Shown here piece by piece: positions 52,692-64,000 of a stretch of 64,000 nucleotides of DNA. Where the stretch lies: positions 30,317,360-30,381,359 of the forward strand of contig NC_043019.1 in assembly GCF_006345805.1 (NCBI RefSeq). Reading direction: 5' to 3'. The DNA is from Octopus sinensis. Lineage: Eukaryota. The notes beneath the pieces are model-generated. The model did no database searches and was not told the origin of the DNA. It was given only the letters and a program-made list of their open reading frames with translations. Every line of letters starts with the position of its first letter. Within the stretch, counting starts at the first letter, position 1. The position numbers and the translations under genes are program-made.

Positions 52692-54258
52692 ACTTTCTCA
52701 CCTTCCCAATCAGCAAACTAATTACACTTGCTTGTTGTTTATACACCTGTCTTCATCTTTTGTTTTTTCAGTAAATTTCAACTATATATAAGTGAGACAC
52801 ACACACACACACACACATACACACACAGAAAGAAAAATAAAGAGACTTGCAAGATATTGAAGAGAAAGTTCTGAGATATTTTTCAAAAGACAGGCAAAAC
52901 AACTTTGCCAGAAGTTTTTAGTTCGAACCATCATACACCCACTTAATCAACTTCTGTAAATGGAGACAGCTTCTTACCAATGTAAAGGGAACTGTGACAT
53001 ATATATATAGAAAGTCATATCAGAAACTAAAAATAGATTCAGTAGGAAACTTGGAATCATTGACTGAAATGAGACCAGAAACAAGATGATGTGACGAAGC
53101 TGTTGAGTTTGGAACAAATATCAAATGTCTGAAATATTGAAAATATTGAAAAAGAAAAATATAGAATAAAATAATCTAATACTTTTACCATTATTATTAT
53201 TATCATCATCATTATTATTATTATAAAAGACTCATTCTACATTATTTTCCATATTTTTTTCATCAATGTACTAAAAAATAAAAAATAAAACTAGCAAACT
53301 TATTCAACAATGAATTCACTGTTTTCATTAATTATAACAAAAATAAGCTCCAAACTATTTTTTTTCTCTTTCATAATGCATTATTATGAAGCATATTTTA
53401 GTTGTTTTGTGTTGTCGTTTTTAATGAAATCTTATCTGTAGAACATAAACCCAATATCTGTCAGGAGACATCACATCACACCAGATGCTGAACAGTCATC
53501 AATAATCCCTGAATAACCGCATCAATGTTCACTGATTCATGGAGAAATATTGATTTCTATTCTCATGTTTGAGGATTGTGTAGCTGATTGCATTGACCCA
53601 AGTACTCGACTGGTGTCGAGATGAGCCAACAAGGAGACCTGTAGATGGGCATTCTGCTTGCTAAAAGTTACAGCCAAATCTCCAGAACAGGATGATCATG
53701 GCTGTAATGCATTTGATCATAGGCCTGCTCAATCAGAGCTGACCTTGGGTTAAATAACAACAGGTAAATATTTTATTATTCACATAAAAATGAAAGGCAA
53801 AATGAACTGTGGTGGAATTGGACTCAGAATGAAAAAGGATAAAACTAAACACCACAAGGCATTTTTGTTTAGCTGTCTTTTGATTCTGTCACTGATCATT
53901 CAAAGTGAATATTGTAAATGTTTGTAGAAGTGGCTGAATGGATAAGGCAATTAGTACACAAGCTCTTAGGTCCAGAGTTCAAATCTCTTACAGGAATTCT
54001 ATATATTTCTCAAGGAAAAACACTATTCTACTTTGCTCCAGTTTTACTCTTTTGATACAAACTTGCCTGAAACTGCTCTTGGTTCTAAGACACAAATTTC
54101 CTGTTTTAAAGTGTCTAAATAATCAAACCATCCCTCAAAATTTCATGTTAATTCAGGTTTCAAACACCAGCTTAATAACGTTATTTTAAAGTTATTTTAA
54201 TAAATTTGCAATAATTTCTAAAATCAATTGCAACAAAAGCAGTGTATTTCAGAGATAT

Positions 54259-54653
54259 CTCTTTTACTTGTTTCAGTCATGTGACTGTGGGCATGCTGGA
54301 GCACCGCCTTTAGTCGAGCAAATCGATCACAGGACTTTTTACTTTGTAAGCCTAGTACTTATTCTATCGGTCTCTTTTGTCGAACCACTAAGTTACAGGG
54401 ATGCAAACACACCAGCATCAGTTGTCAAGCAATGTTGAGGAGGGGGGACAAACACAGACACACAAACATATACACACATATACATATATACGATGGGCTT
54501 CTTTCAGTTTCTGTCTAGCAAATCCACTCACAAGGCTTTGGTTGGCCTGAGGCTATAGCAGAAGACACTTGCCCAACGTGCCACGCAGTGGGACTGAACC
54601 TGGAACCATGTGGTTGGTAAGCAAGTTACTTACCACACAGCCACTCCTATGCC
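54259..54653 (-). mobile_element. SINE (same family) inserted in a TTAA-type MITE
   Basis: Complete head-to-tail copy. MITE sequence resumes as GGTAACAAAAAGGGTTAA directly after it. Confidence 0.8.
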
Positions 54654-55172
54654 TGGTAACAAAAAGGGTTAAGCTAACAGTTGCTGTTGTTGTTGTTTAG
54701 CCCAAGGACAGCCCCGGAGTGAACAGACTTATGATCAGAAGCATACAAGCAATTGCAATATCTCATAAAATAGAGCTTTTAGTATTTCAATGTTTGTTTT
54801 AGTATGTAATTTGAGGAGATTTGTCTGCTATTTCCAACATGTTGTGGGACATTGTAAGACTAAGCTGGCTCCTTTGTTCTCATGTTCAATCTAGTTATTA
54901 GCAATAGGTACCAGATTTCCTGGGAAAGGTCAGTCGGATTAGCTGCCATTTAACACATACATATGATCAGGAAAGGTCAAACACTGGCCTTATTTAACAC
55001 ACCAGAGCATGGGATATATATCCCTAGAGGGTTAAAGAAATTCTTTATCATTTTTCAGGCTGAGGTTGGTTAGTTGGGTGGTGATCTTTCAAATGTTGTA
55101 CATTTAATATAGCAAACAAAGGGAAACAAACTAATTGCCATTATGTGTGTATGAGTAGCTTTATGCCGTGTG

Positions 55173-55202
<30 letters not shown>

Positions 55203-55203
<1 letters not shown>

Positions 55204-55655
55204 GGGGTGCGGTGAATAAATTGTTGTCTAAATCACATAAAAATGAAAATAACACTGACACCTCATTTTAACAGATATATTTACCAAAATTACATAAAAA
55301 TATCTTGAAATATTAAAGAGTAAATTCATTCAATAAAATTGCCATAGGCTTCAACCACAGTCTCCAGATGACTTCAGAATCTCCTGCAACTCTTCTGGAC
55401 AATCTCCTTGTTTAAGTTGGTGAATGCTGCCATAATCCTTGCCTTCAGTTCATCTTTGGTGTTACAAAGAGTTTTCTCGGTCTCTCGCTCAACTGTGCAG
55501 CATACATAATAATCAAGGGGGTTGCAGTCTGGAGAGTTAGGTGGCCAGATGTTAGGGGTGGTGTGCTCGTAGAAATTATCTGACAGCCATGACTAGGTTC
55601 TGTTTGTGTGGCATGGTGCAGAGTCCTGTTGCCAGACATAAGGTCTTCCAGAAGC
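55203..55655 (-). pseudogene. Tc1/mariner maT (DD37D-like) transposase C-terminal fossil with right terminus
   Basis: Minus translation GRPYVWQQDSAPCHTNRT*SWLSDNF...IWPPNSPDCNPLDYYV...KDELKARI...RF*SHLETVVEAYGNFIE* (stop 55328-55326). Terminal TGGGGTGCGGTGAATAAATTG abuts a TA run. Confidence 0.88.
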
Positions 55656-56439
55656 CAAAGTCGACCTCAGCAGTGTTTGAGCTCAGGAAGTAAAGAGCCA
55701 ACAGAAAGACCACTAAGCATTTTGTCCAGAACACAATAGTAACAGCTCTAACAACAATAATGCTTTCTAACATGGGCATAGGGCCTCAAATTCTGGGGAG
55801 GCAATATTAGTTGATACATATCAACCCTGGTACTTATTCGATCAATTCTTAGAATTAAAAGAAGAAATACTACTGCCAGATATTTTGTCTGATGTTGACA
55901 ATTCTGTCAATCCAAATGTGTCATTCATAATAATCACTTACATATCACATGCAGAACAGAACCATTTAGTTAATTGACAAAACTATCTCCACCACTACCA
56001 CCATCACCAATCTATAAAAAGCTGTATTTTACAATCCTTATCACTGTACGCCGCCTATGTCATACGGTAGCAATAAACCTTACTCTCCCCATCCACCATC
56101 TATTATATTTATTTATACACATATACACACAAGTATTGTCTTCCTCCAGCATTTTTTCAAGGTGCCCAACAGCTGACAATGGAAGTCTGCACTCTCCTGC
56201 AAACTTCCACTGTCTACTGATGTCAAGTCTAGCTACATTCAATGCTCAATTGCCTTTTCAAGAAGTATTTCCTGATGGATACTTCCTATATATCCATACA
56301 GGCTACTTCAGTAACAGCCAATACCAATGTAGTAGTCTAGTAGTCTAATATATGACAAGTAGTAATAATGGTAGCACCAAGACATCTCTCATAGCAGACA
56401 AACATGAAGTCAACCCGAAAACTCATTATTATCCTACAG

Positions 56440-56711
56440 TTATCCATCCAACTTCTATGCCTACTATTCTAGGGAAGTTTGTTGGAGTAGAGTCCTCAGG
56501 TATCATCTCCTGGGGGTTCTATCTGAAGCAACGATCATTAGATTTTCCTGTTGGATTCCAAAGTATGACCAGCTGAATCTATGGATATTATCCAACCATC
56601 TTGTTCTAACCTTAGATCTCTTGCTGGTTGGCTTGGCTTGAAGATCTATCTTGTGAGTCTTTCCTGTGACATTCTAATCACGTCTGTAGTACTGGAGCTG
56701 TAAACTCTCAG
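56440..56711 (-). pseudogene. RTE-clade LINE ORF fossil, 3' part
   Basis: QLQYY..DVIRMSQERLTR*I..AKPTSKRSKVRTRWLDNIHRFSWSYFGIQQENLMIVASDR continues the fragment at 57012-57165 and resembles RTE QLRWFGHV.RM..ERL....AKP.G.R..GRPRTRW.D. Confidence 0.75.
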
Positions 56712-57011
56712 TGTTTGTTTGCTTGTTCCTTCTCGAGCCATGCCTGGCTCATAAGGGCTGGTTTCCTTGTTTCCTTGGCGTATAGGTTCCCCAGCTGGAC
56801 GGGACACTGGTCCGTCACAGATGCAGGAGGAAAGTGTGAGAGAAAGTTGTGGCGAAAGAGTCAGCAGAAGTTTCGCCATTACCTTCTGCCGGAGCTGCAT
56901 GGAGCTTAAGTGTTTCGCTCATAAACACACACATCGCCTGATCTGAGATTCGAACCCGCGGTCCCTTGACCGTGAGTCTGCTGCTCTAACCACTAGGCCA
57001 TGTGCTTCCAC
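56712..57011 (-). mobile_element. tRNA-derived SINE inserted into the RTE fossil
   Basis: A box TGGCCTAGTGG, B box GGTTCGAATC and (AAAC)n tail. Decayed TSD CACGTTGAGAGGTTG / CACTGAGAGTTTA. Confidence 0.8.
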
Positions 57012-57165
57012 AACCTCTCAACGTGGATAAGTAGTGGCCGAACCTGAAGAGAGACTTTGTTCTGAGCTATGCACCTTGTCAAGTAACAGTACTCCAGAGA
57101 CCCTTCGAAGGAACCCCATTTCCACTTGTATTTGTAAAAGTGTGCATTTGGCCATTACCCAACAT
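57012..57165 (-). pseudogene. RTE-clade (Expander/Rex3-like) LINE ORF fossil, upstream part
   Basis: CWVMAKCTLLQIQVEMGFLRRVSGVLLLDKVHSSE then (frameshift) SLQVRPLLIHVERL. Resembles the RTE C-terminal motif WVMT....IQAAEMGFLRRV.G..L.DKVRS. Confidence 0.75.
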
Positions 57166-58317
57166 GCATTCATAACAGTAGTATTTTCTTTTGTAGCTTA
57201 GTCAAGAGCCAAGGCAGCATTCATAATCATTGAGACTAGAAGGGCAAATGGAAAAAAATTACTCTCCAACTAGGTTTGAGTGCTCACATCAGTGTGGATT
57301 CTGCTGAAGGATGTCAGGTGATAGATTAAGTCAAACCATCCAAGACTGCATCCTACCCATCAGGTAAGATTCTAAACACCCTCTATCCAATTTCATTCTC
57401 AAGGGGTTCAGATCAACAGATGGCTCTGGTAGAAGACACCTGCTCAAGGAGTCATGCAGTGAGATCAAATTCAGAACTATGATAGTGAAGCAAAATTCTT
57501 AAACCACATAAGCAATGCTCTTTTCTAATATAGATCTTAAACAGTAGTAGCAGCAGCAGTAGTAGTTGTTCCAGGTCAGCTCTGATCCAGCAAAGCTACA
57601 TAAAGAGTCTGTCATCTAATATGCAAAGGAAACGGATACTTCTGCAAACAAATAGTTGCCAGCTATCTCAGGAAAGTTCTAAAACTGACTGATTATAAAG
57701 GAAAGTGGGTTAAGGGAAGTTAGTAGAAACACTCTACTACTTTATTGACTGACATTATTTGTGAGGTAGAGAAGGGTATGAGAGATACTCGACTGCTTGC
57801 TCAGAGGTCAGGAGGTTATAGTCAAAACCACTTCATTCTTCACTCCACCTCAGTTCCACCTCACCACCAGAAAGAATAAATACCACACCACCTGAGGAAT
57901 GCTACCTGAGAGAGACTGATGTCCTATCCAGGGTATGACGAGAGAGGTGGCATGAAACTTGGGCTAAACACAAGCTCTTTAACAAACTGATGATGGACGC
58001 TCTGTGAGATCACTCAACCTGTAAGAAATAGCAACTAGATCTCCATAACACCACAACCTACTGTACTAAAAATGGAAGGAGACGATTAGCTAACGTAGCA
58101 TTAAATATACTATGTCTGAAGTAAAAGGCATGACAGATATAACTGGAACATCTTTGAACGTAAGATTTGCTGGACCAGGACTGACATGGAACTGGGCCTC
58201 TTAACCACACAGCCATGTCTAGGACAGATAATTTAACTTTAATGCTGATGATGATTCAACTGCTCTATTTATTTGAGACTATACAGATGCGATATTAGCC
58301 AGTGTGTGTGTGTGTGT

Positions 58318-58402
58318 ATGCAAATGTACTGTGTGTGTGTGTGTGTGTATGTGTGTGTATGCAAATGTACTGTGTGTGTGTGTGTGAGTCATACGTGAGT
58401 CA
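58318..58402. promoter_or_regulatory. Cluster of two octamer (ATGCAAAT) and two AP-1 (TGAGTCA) motifs
   Basis: ATGCAAAT at 58318-58325 and 58359-58366; TGAGTCA at 58385-58391 and 58396-58402. Confidence 0.35.
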
Positions 58403-59520
58403 CAATGCAGGTACTACAGATTCATACTTGAGATATAAGTGTCACGGAGACACTTCTGAGATTTAACCAAAGTGAAGTAGATAGTTCAGTTAAAGTCAAG
58501 ATGTGTATGTATAAATACATATACACATAGACAACCCAACACAAGTCTTTTCCCTAAGTGACCACAGGTCTTAGGTGGTGGTGGTGGTTCGGCGGGTCAG
58601 ATGCTATAGCAGACCACTTAGAAACAAAGACAGTCTTATCATCATCTCTCTCTTCCTTGCATTTTCAGTATAAAATGATGTCATTGATGGTTAGTTTAAC
58701 TGTCTTCTTCCTTCTCTTTGATGTTTAGAAGAGATTCAAAGTAGAAAGAAAAATCAGTAGATCACTGGTGTAAATAATTTCAGATATTTAATCATGTCTA
58801 TGTTCTGAGTTCAAATCTCACTGAGATTAACTTTACCTTTCATTTGATCTCTCTCTCTCTTTCTCGCTCTGACCGGATAACCATGTATCTCCTCCACAGC
58901 AAGACACCTGTTTCTGTCTCTCTGTCACACTCTAACCTTTCATCATCTGACACAAGATCACCTCCTCCAATGCCACACATCCACCTTTCAAAGGATCTTT
59001 GTATTGCAAGTTACTTGGTGACTCTGCCGATGCCGGTGCCATGTAAAAAGCATCCAGTCCACACTGTTAAGAGTTTGGTATTTGGAAGAGCATCCAACAG
59101 TAAAAAAAAAAAAAAAAAAGGAAGGAAAAAAAAACTATGCCAAAACTGACCTCGCCTGTGCTGGTGCCACGTAAAAAGCACTCAGTCCACTCTGCAGAGT
59201 GATGGTGTTAAGAAGGGCATCCAGCTTTAAAAACCATGCAAAAAGCAAAAACAGACAGCGAAGCATGGTGCAGTCTTCTACCTTGCCAGCTCCTGTCAAA
59301 CCATCCAACCCATGCCAGCATGGAAAGCAGGCATATCATGCTGAGTACTGGGGTTGATTTAATCAAATATATTCCATATTTATTTGAGTGGAATTGCAGA
59401 ATCAGTAGCTTGCTGAACAAAATGTCTTATGGTACTTAACTATGCCCCTTTACATTATGGGTTCAAACTTTCCTTTTGTCCAGAGGTCAATAAAATAATT
59501 ACTTGTCAAGTGCTTTTACA

Positions 59521-59957
59521 TACTCTTTTACTCTTTACTCTTTTACTTGTTTCAGTCATTTGACTGTGGCCATGCTGGAGCACCACCTTTTAGTCGAGCA
59601 AATCGACCCCAGGACTTATTCTTTGTAAGCCTAGTACTTATTCTATCAGTCTCTTTTGCTGAACCGCTAAGTTACAGGGACGTAAACACACCAGCGTTGT
59701 CAAGCGAAGTTGGGGGGGGGGACAAACACAGACACACAAACATATACACATACATATATATATACATACATACATACATACATACACATATATACGACGG
59801 GCTTCTTTCAGTTTTCGTCTACCAAATCCACTCACAAGGCTTTGGTCGGCCCAAGGCTATAGTATAAGACACTTGCCCAAGCTGCCACGCAGTGGGACTG
59901 AACCTGGAACCATGTGGTTCGTAAGCAAGCTTCTTACTACACAGCCACTCCTACGCC
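59521..59957 (-). mobile_element. Full-length SINE, same family as 13046-13422
   Basis: Reverse complement of the same head, body and (AAAAGAGT)n tail. Confidence 0.85.
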
Positions 59958-60511
59958 TATTTATTTAATTTATTTATTTTGCATGGTTTAGTTAAAGGAA
60001 GATGGGAAGCACCTCTGAGTTTGGTGGCCAGCACTAACAAAAGTCCTCTTCCTTAAAATACACAACCTTCTGCTTTTATTGAAAAATTTGTGAGAGTGGA
60101 TAACAGAAGCAGTAAGGTGCCAAACAAAGTACCTGGCAGCGTTTAGTAATGTCTCCCTTATAGATACCAAGTTCAAAGTAAAATACATTATACTGAAAAC
60201 AACTCATGATTGTTCAAGTTAAACCCTTTTGGTACCAACCTACTTGAGACTGCCACTGGTTCTATGACACAAACTTCATGTTTTTAAGGGATGCAAATTA
60301 AAACACGATTAAAACTGATGAAAACGTTTTACTAAATTCTTTATTATCTTTGCAATTAATTGCAATACAGGCAGTGCATTTCAGTAGAAATATGGCAACA
60401 AAGGGGTTAGTTAATCTTTTATAATCCTTTATCCTTAGTTTGGAACTAATTTTTCAAAATTCATTAATATTTCAACATGTAGATCTTATTTTTTGATGGA
60501 TTGAGTTTTAA

Positions 60512-60733
60512 CCCTTTCGTTACTGTATTTATTTTGAGATGCTGTGTGTTTCTTTCAATTATTTTAGATATAACAAAGAATTTAGTAAAAATAACTTGGT
60601 TATCATTAAGCTAATGTTAGGAACATTATTTGTGAATAAGGTTTGGTGGAAGATTTTGATTCAAAACTTATGAAAACAAGACATTTGTACTACAGAGCCA
60701 GAGCTGGTTTCAGCCGGGTTGGTAACAAAAGGG
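60512..60733. mobile_element. piggyBac-type MITE family B (CCCTTT...AAAGGG, TTAA targets)
   Basis: TTAA both sides. Related copies at about 15062-15430 (partly tandem), 23465-23670, 36400-36620 and 60220-60410. Confidence 0.85.
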
Positions 60734-61486
60734 TTAATGTTCTCCTACCCACTATTTTTAGAGTAGATTTATACAAATAAATCTAGGTATGTACAGTCAC
60801 CTACAAAGCTGATTGAATAAAATTTTGCTTCAGTTAATATAATACGCAATCCTATTTCTGCGACATTGTATATTAAATTGGACTCCGCTTTTGATATCAA
60901 GTTTCCCTACCATCAGCAAATGTTCTGCAATTCCTAATATTTCTTTAAAGTAGAAAAATTTAAGTACACATACATGCACGTGTGAGTGTGTAAACAAATA
61001 AACTACGCACTTCCAACAAAAGATGTATTAAGCACTTATGTTTTTGCACCGGAAAACAAAAACAACTACGTACAAAATACAACTGAATCACATGAAACTT
61101 GGCTGTAGATGCACTGAAGCTTTTAAGGTTTTCATTTCTGAACATCAGGAAAACAATCGGAATTAGCCTGACATTTTGAAATAAGAAACTTTTTTAAGTA
61201 GCACATCGTGAAATCCAGTTGTGAAACATTTCACACATTTACAATGGTAACTGGCCAATCAACAAATACATCTAAACACGATCATCTCTGTTTTACACCC
61301 ACTTCCCCATGCAGGCTTAGATTGGTCAGAATTTTCTGAGTCAATATTTCATGATCGGACGCCTTTCCTGTCATTAACCCCTTTTGGTCACCACATATGC
61401 CACTTAGTAAACAAATATATCAGCACGAGACAAAACTGGTTTCCATGAACAAACCAGAAGCGAATAAACAAGATTTGAATCTATTC

Positions 61487-61856
61487 CAATGGTCCTCAGT
61501 TGGGGGTCCACATAATTCTTGTTGGGGGTGTCCATATAATTCTTGTTGGGGGGAGGCCCATATAATTCTTGTTGGGGGGATCCATATAATTCTTGTTGGG
61601 GGGGGGGGGGGGGGTCCATATAATTTTTGTTGGGGGTCCATATAAGATTTAATTTGTAAACATCTATGCACAAGAAGCTGGTAATACTTCTACAATCTAC
61701 AAAATATTTTAATTACTTTTATACAATTCCTAGTAATATTTAATCATAAAAGTATAATAAGGATTTTTTAAAACTTTGAATAGCTATTGAGGGTCAACGT
61801 GAGTAAAGTAAGAATCAAACAGGTCCATAGCTAAAAAAAAGGGTTGAAAACCAGTG
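61487..61856. mobile_element. hAT MITE with internal G-tract minisatellite (61499-61645)
   Basis: Same family termini; six copies of GTTG(n)..CCATATAATTCTT. Confidence 0.65.
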
Positions 61857-62569
61857 ATCTATCTGAACAAGATATACAAGAGACAGTCAAGTTATAAAAG
61901 CATAAAAATATGGCACAACATCATAGATATTCCAATCACCACTATTTGGTGGTTAGTCAACCTAGCAGAGTGAATCAATCAACAAACATTGCTAAAGTAA
62001 ACATTTAGTGCTGATAATTCAATTATTCATCAAAATATACCCAAGCTGAATTGTAAGCTGTATGTAGTTTAGCTGGTCAAGGACAGTTCTCGGCTTAAAT
62101 ATACGCACCAAACAAATATAAATATTCCCAGGACATGTATGAATATCGGTGACTGGTTAGACTTTTCACAGGAACACATTTCATATCTGAATTATATCTA
62201 TTTTTTGTTGTCTGTTTGGAGCTTTTTTTTTTTTTTTTGTATCTTTGATCTTGTTTCAGTCAATAGATTGTGTGGCCACGCTGGGACAGCACCTTGAAGA
62301 ATTTTAACTGAAATTGACCCCAATACTTTTTTTTCTTTTAAGTTCTGGTACCTATTTTATCAGTCTCTTTTGTTGAACTGCTAAGTTATGGGGATGTAAA
62401 TACACCAACACCGGTTGCCAAGCAGTGGTGAGGGACACGATAGGCTTCCTTCAGTTTCTGCCTACCAAATCCTCTCACAAGGCTTTCGTTGGGCTGGGAT
62501 TATAGTATATAAAAAAAGAATTTGCCCAATGTGTCATGCAGTGGGACTGAACCAAGAACCATGACTTCT

Positions 62570-63095
62570 TATTTTAACTGATTGGAAGTGTTATCATGTA
62601 CATTATTTTGTCTTGGTATAAATGATGGGCTACAGTAAATATTCTGCTCAATACCACAGATTTGCTTGTCAGTTACTTGACCGTAACTAGTTGAGTATGT
62701 CCCTTAGAGGCTGACGATATATGCATCTCTGATCACGAGCAGAAGTGGTGGGGGAGCATCATAGCCATGTGTTGAGAGGAATTCTTTGGGGTTTGGATAA
62801 TTCACCTTTGGAAACATGGACGCTTTGTTCATCATCCTTAAACAACCCTTATTCAGGGACCTTTTGAGCAGGATGGGCTACCTGACCTGAAGAAAATTCT
62901 AACTGGGCCCCACCTAGAAGGTCATATGCTGTTTATCTTGATGAGATCACTATGTCACACACACATAGTTGTGAAGCATGTGCCTGGTGTATCCTTATCA
63001 GATGGGTAGTCATGATGGGTATACTGGACTTCGTATATTTTACCCCGGTGTCACTTTGATGGCATGCACTGGTCTCTCACTCAATAATAATCATA
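62570..63095 (+). mobile_element. Unclassified interspersed-repeat-like element ending in (AAT)n
   Basis: Higher-GC block bounded by a SINE and an AATAATAAT tail. Single copy in this window; recognised only from memory. Confidence 0.35.
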
Positions 63096-64000
63096 AAATT
63101 AAAATAATTGTTTCACTCAATTATAGGGCTGGAAGGATTAGAGAATAAAAGTTTGATAAGCTTAAACCTATAAAATTAAATCTTCTTAGGAATTATAACA
63201 AGGAAGTGATAGCTTTATATCAAACAGGCTAGATCTAACGGAACGAGTCTCAAATTACAATTAACGTTGTTGTGGTTTCACCAGGTGTAAGCAATATTTC
63301 AACTATTTCAAGGAAATCTTCTAAAGATTTTTTATCAAAGCAGCAGATGGAAGAGAATCGAAGACAACCAGTAAAGAAAGTAGCCACTGCTGGAAATTTC
63401 CTGTCACCAACTCTTATCTGGCAATATTTCCTGCCAGACATGGTTTTGCAGGACATGGGAATGAATGACAACAACACTACTTTTATAACAGTGACAATCA
63501 TTTTCAACTATCATGTGACATCAATGAGACAAACACCGGCACATATTCACATTAACTTACATACATATATTTGTATATGCATACATAGATGGCAAACATC
63601 TTTCAGTTTCTGTCTACCAAATCCATTCACATGGCTCTGGTTGGTCCAGGGCTATAGCAAAAGACACTTGCCCAAGGTGCCATGCAGTGAAACAGAACCC
63701 AAAACTATGTGTTTGGGAAGCAAACTTCTCAACTACACAACCATGCCTGCACTGATAAGAAGTGTAAAAACCCCCTTCAGTCATGAATGACCATGGGATT
63801 GCACCTAGGAAGTTCCCCTCCAAGGCACAAGTCCAGGCAAGGTTGTTTATGGAAGACCAGCAGTTGCCCATGCATACCAGCCTTTCCTCTCCACATCATT
63901 GATGTTATCCAAGGGAAGGGTCGATGCAGCTTCGCACTAATGACATCACAACTCATTTCTACAGCTGAGTGAACTGGAGCAACATGAAATAAAGGGTCTT

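Noticed and set aside
56120-56330. Possible second LINE 3' fragment
   Set aside because: Only vague similarity by eye; needs a translated search.
56941-57011. tRNA gene (also heads at about 28603, 32262 and 51340-51405)
   Set aside because: A and B boxes are present, but they run into SINE bodies with no complete cloverleaf.
60960-61145. Minus ORF as a possible cytohesin exon 1
   Set aside because: No good phase-1 donor found.
61397-61673. Minus ORFs with repeated NKNYMDP, superficially like cytohesin KKFNMDP
   Set aside because: Read-through of the G-tract minisatellite in a MITE; it lies upstream of exon 1 and has no splice sites.
63272-63790. Longest ORF (172 aa)
   Set aside because: Its middle resembles the repeat at about 29820-29940 and its 3' part is SINE; no recognisable domain.

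Overview
AT-rich, repeat-dense eukaryotic genomic DNA. It is very probably an octopod cephalopod (Octopus), inferred from remembered SINE/MITE families and microsatellite load, not from a database search. There are no prokaryotic features, CRISPR arrays, rRNA or genuine tRNA genes, and nearly all ORF-track entries are microsatellite or repeat read-throughs. The only supported host gene is the 5' part of a cytohesin (ARNO/GRP1/Steppke-family Arf GEF) on the minus strand. Three small exons (49213-49183 putative, 48465-48392, 29523-29459) join in phase 1/0/2 to encode MSVIMHTHIN-DLTEDEQQLLMTIRGRKQQLELDIK-RLKEEIADVTAELESMDLPEDT, the N-terminal coiled coil. I did not find the Sec7-domain exons, so intron 3 is probably over 29 kb and runs off the left edge. 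Inside that intron are candidate internal promoters and short phase-2 first exons (about 24.2 kb and 11.7-12.1 kb) that could give coiled-coil-less isoforms. The rest is nested mobile DNA: several tRNA-derived SINE families (some with TSDs), TTAA piggyBac-type MITEs, hAT MITEs, a young 8-bp-TSD MITE in intron 1, non-autonomous Helitrons, decayed maT(DD37D)-like, mariner and RTE-LINE coding fossils, and Penelope-like fragments. The Penelope-like fragments carry five minimal hammerhead-ribozyme-like motifs whose stems covary; each has a catalytic-core substitution. Most repeat boundaries are read by eye and are approximate unless fixed by a TSD or TIR.
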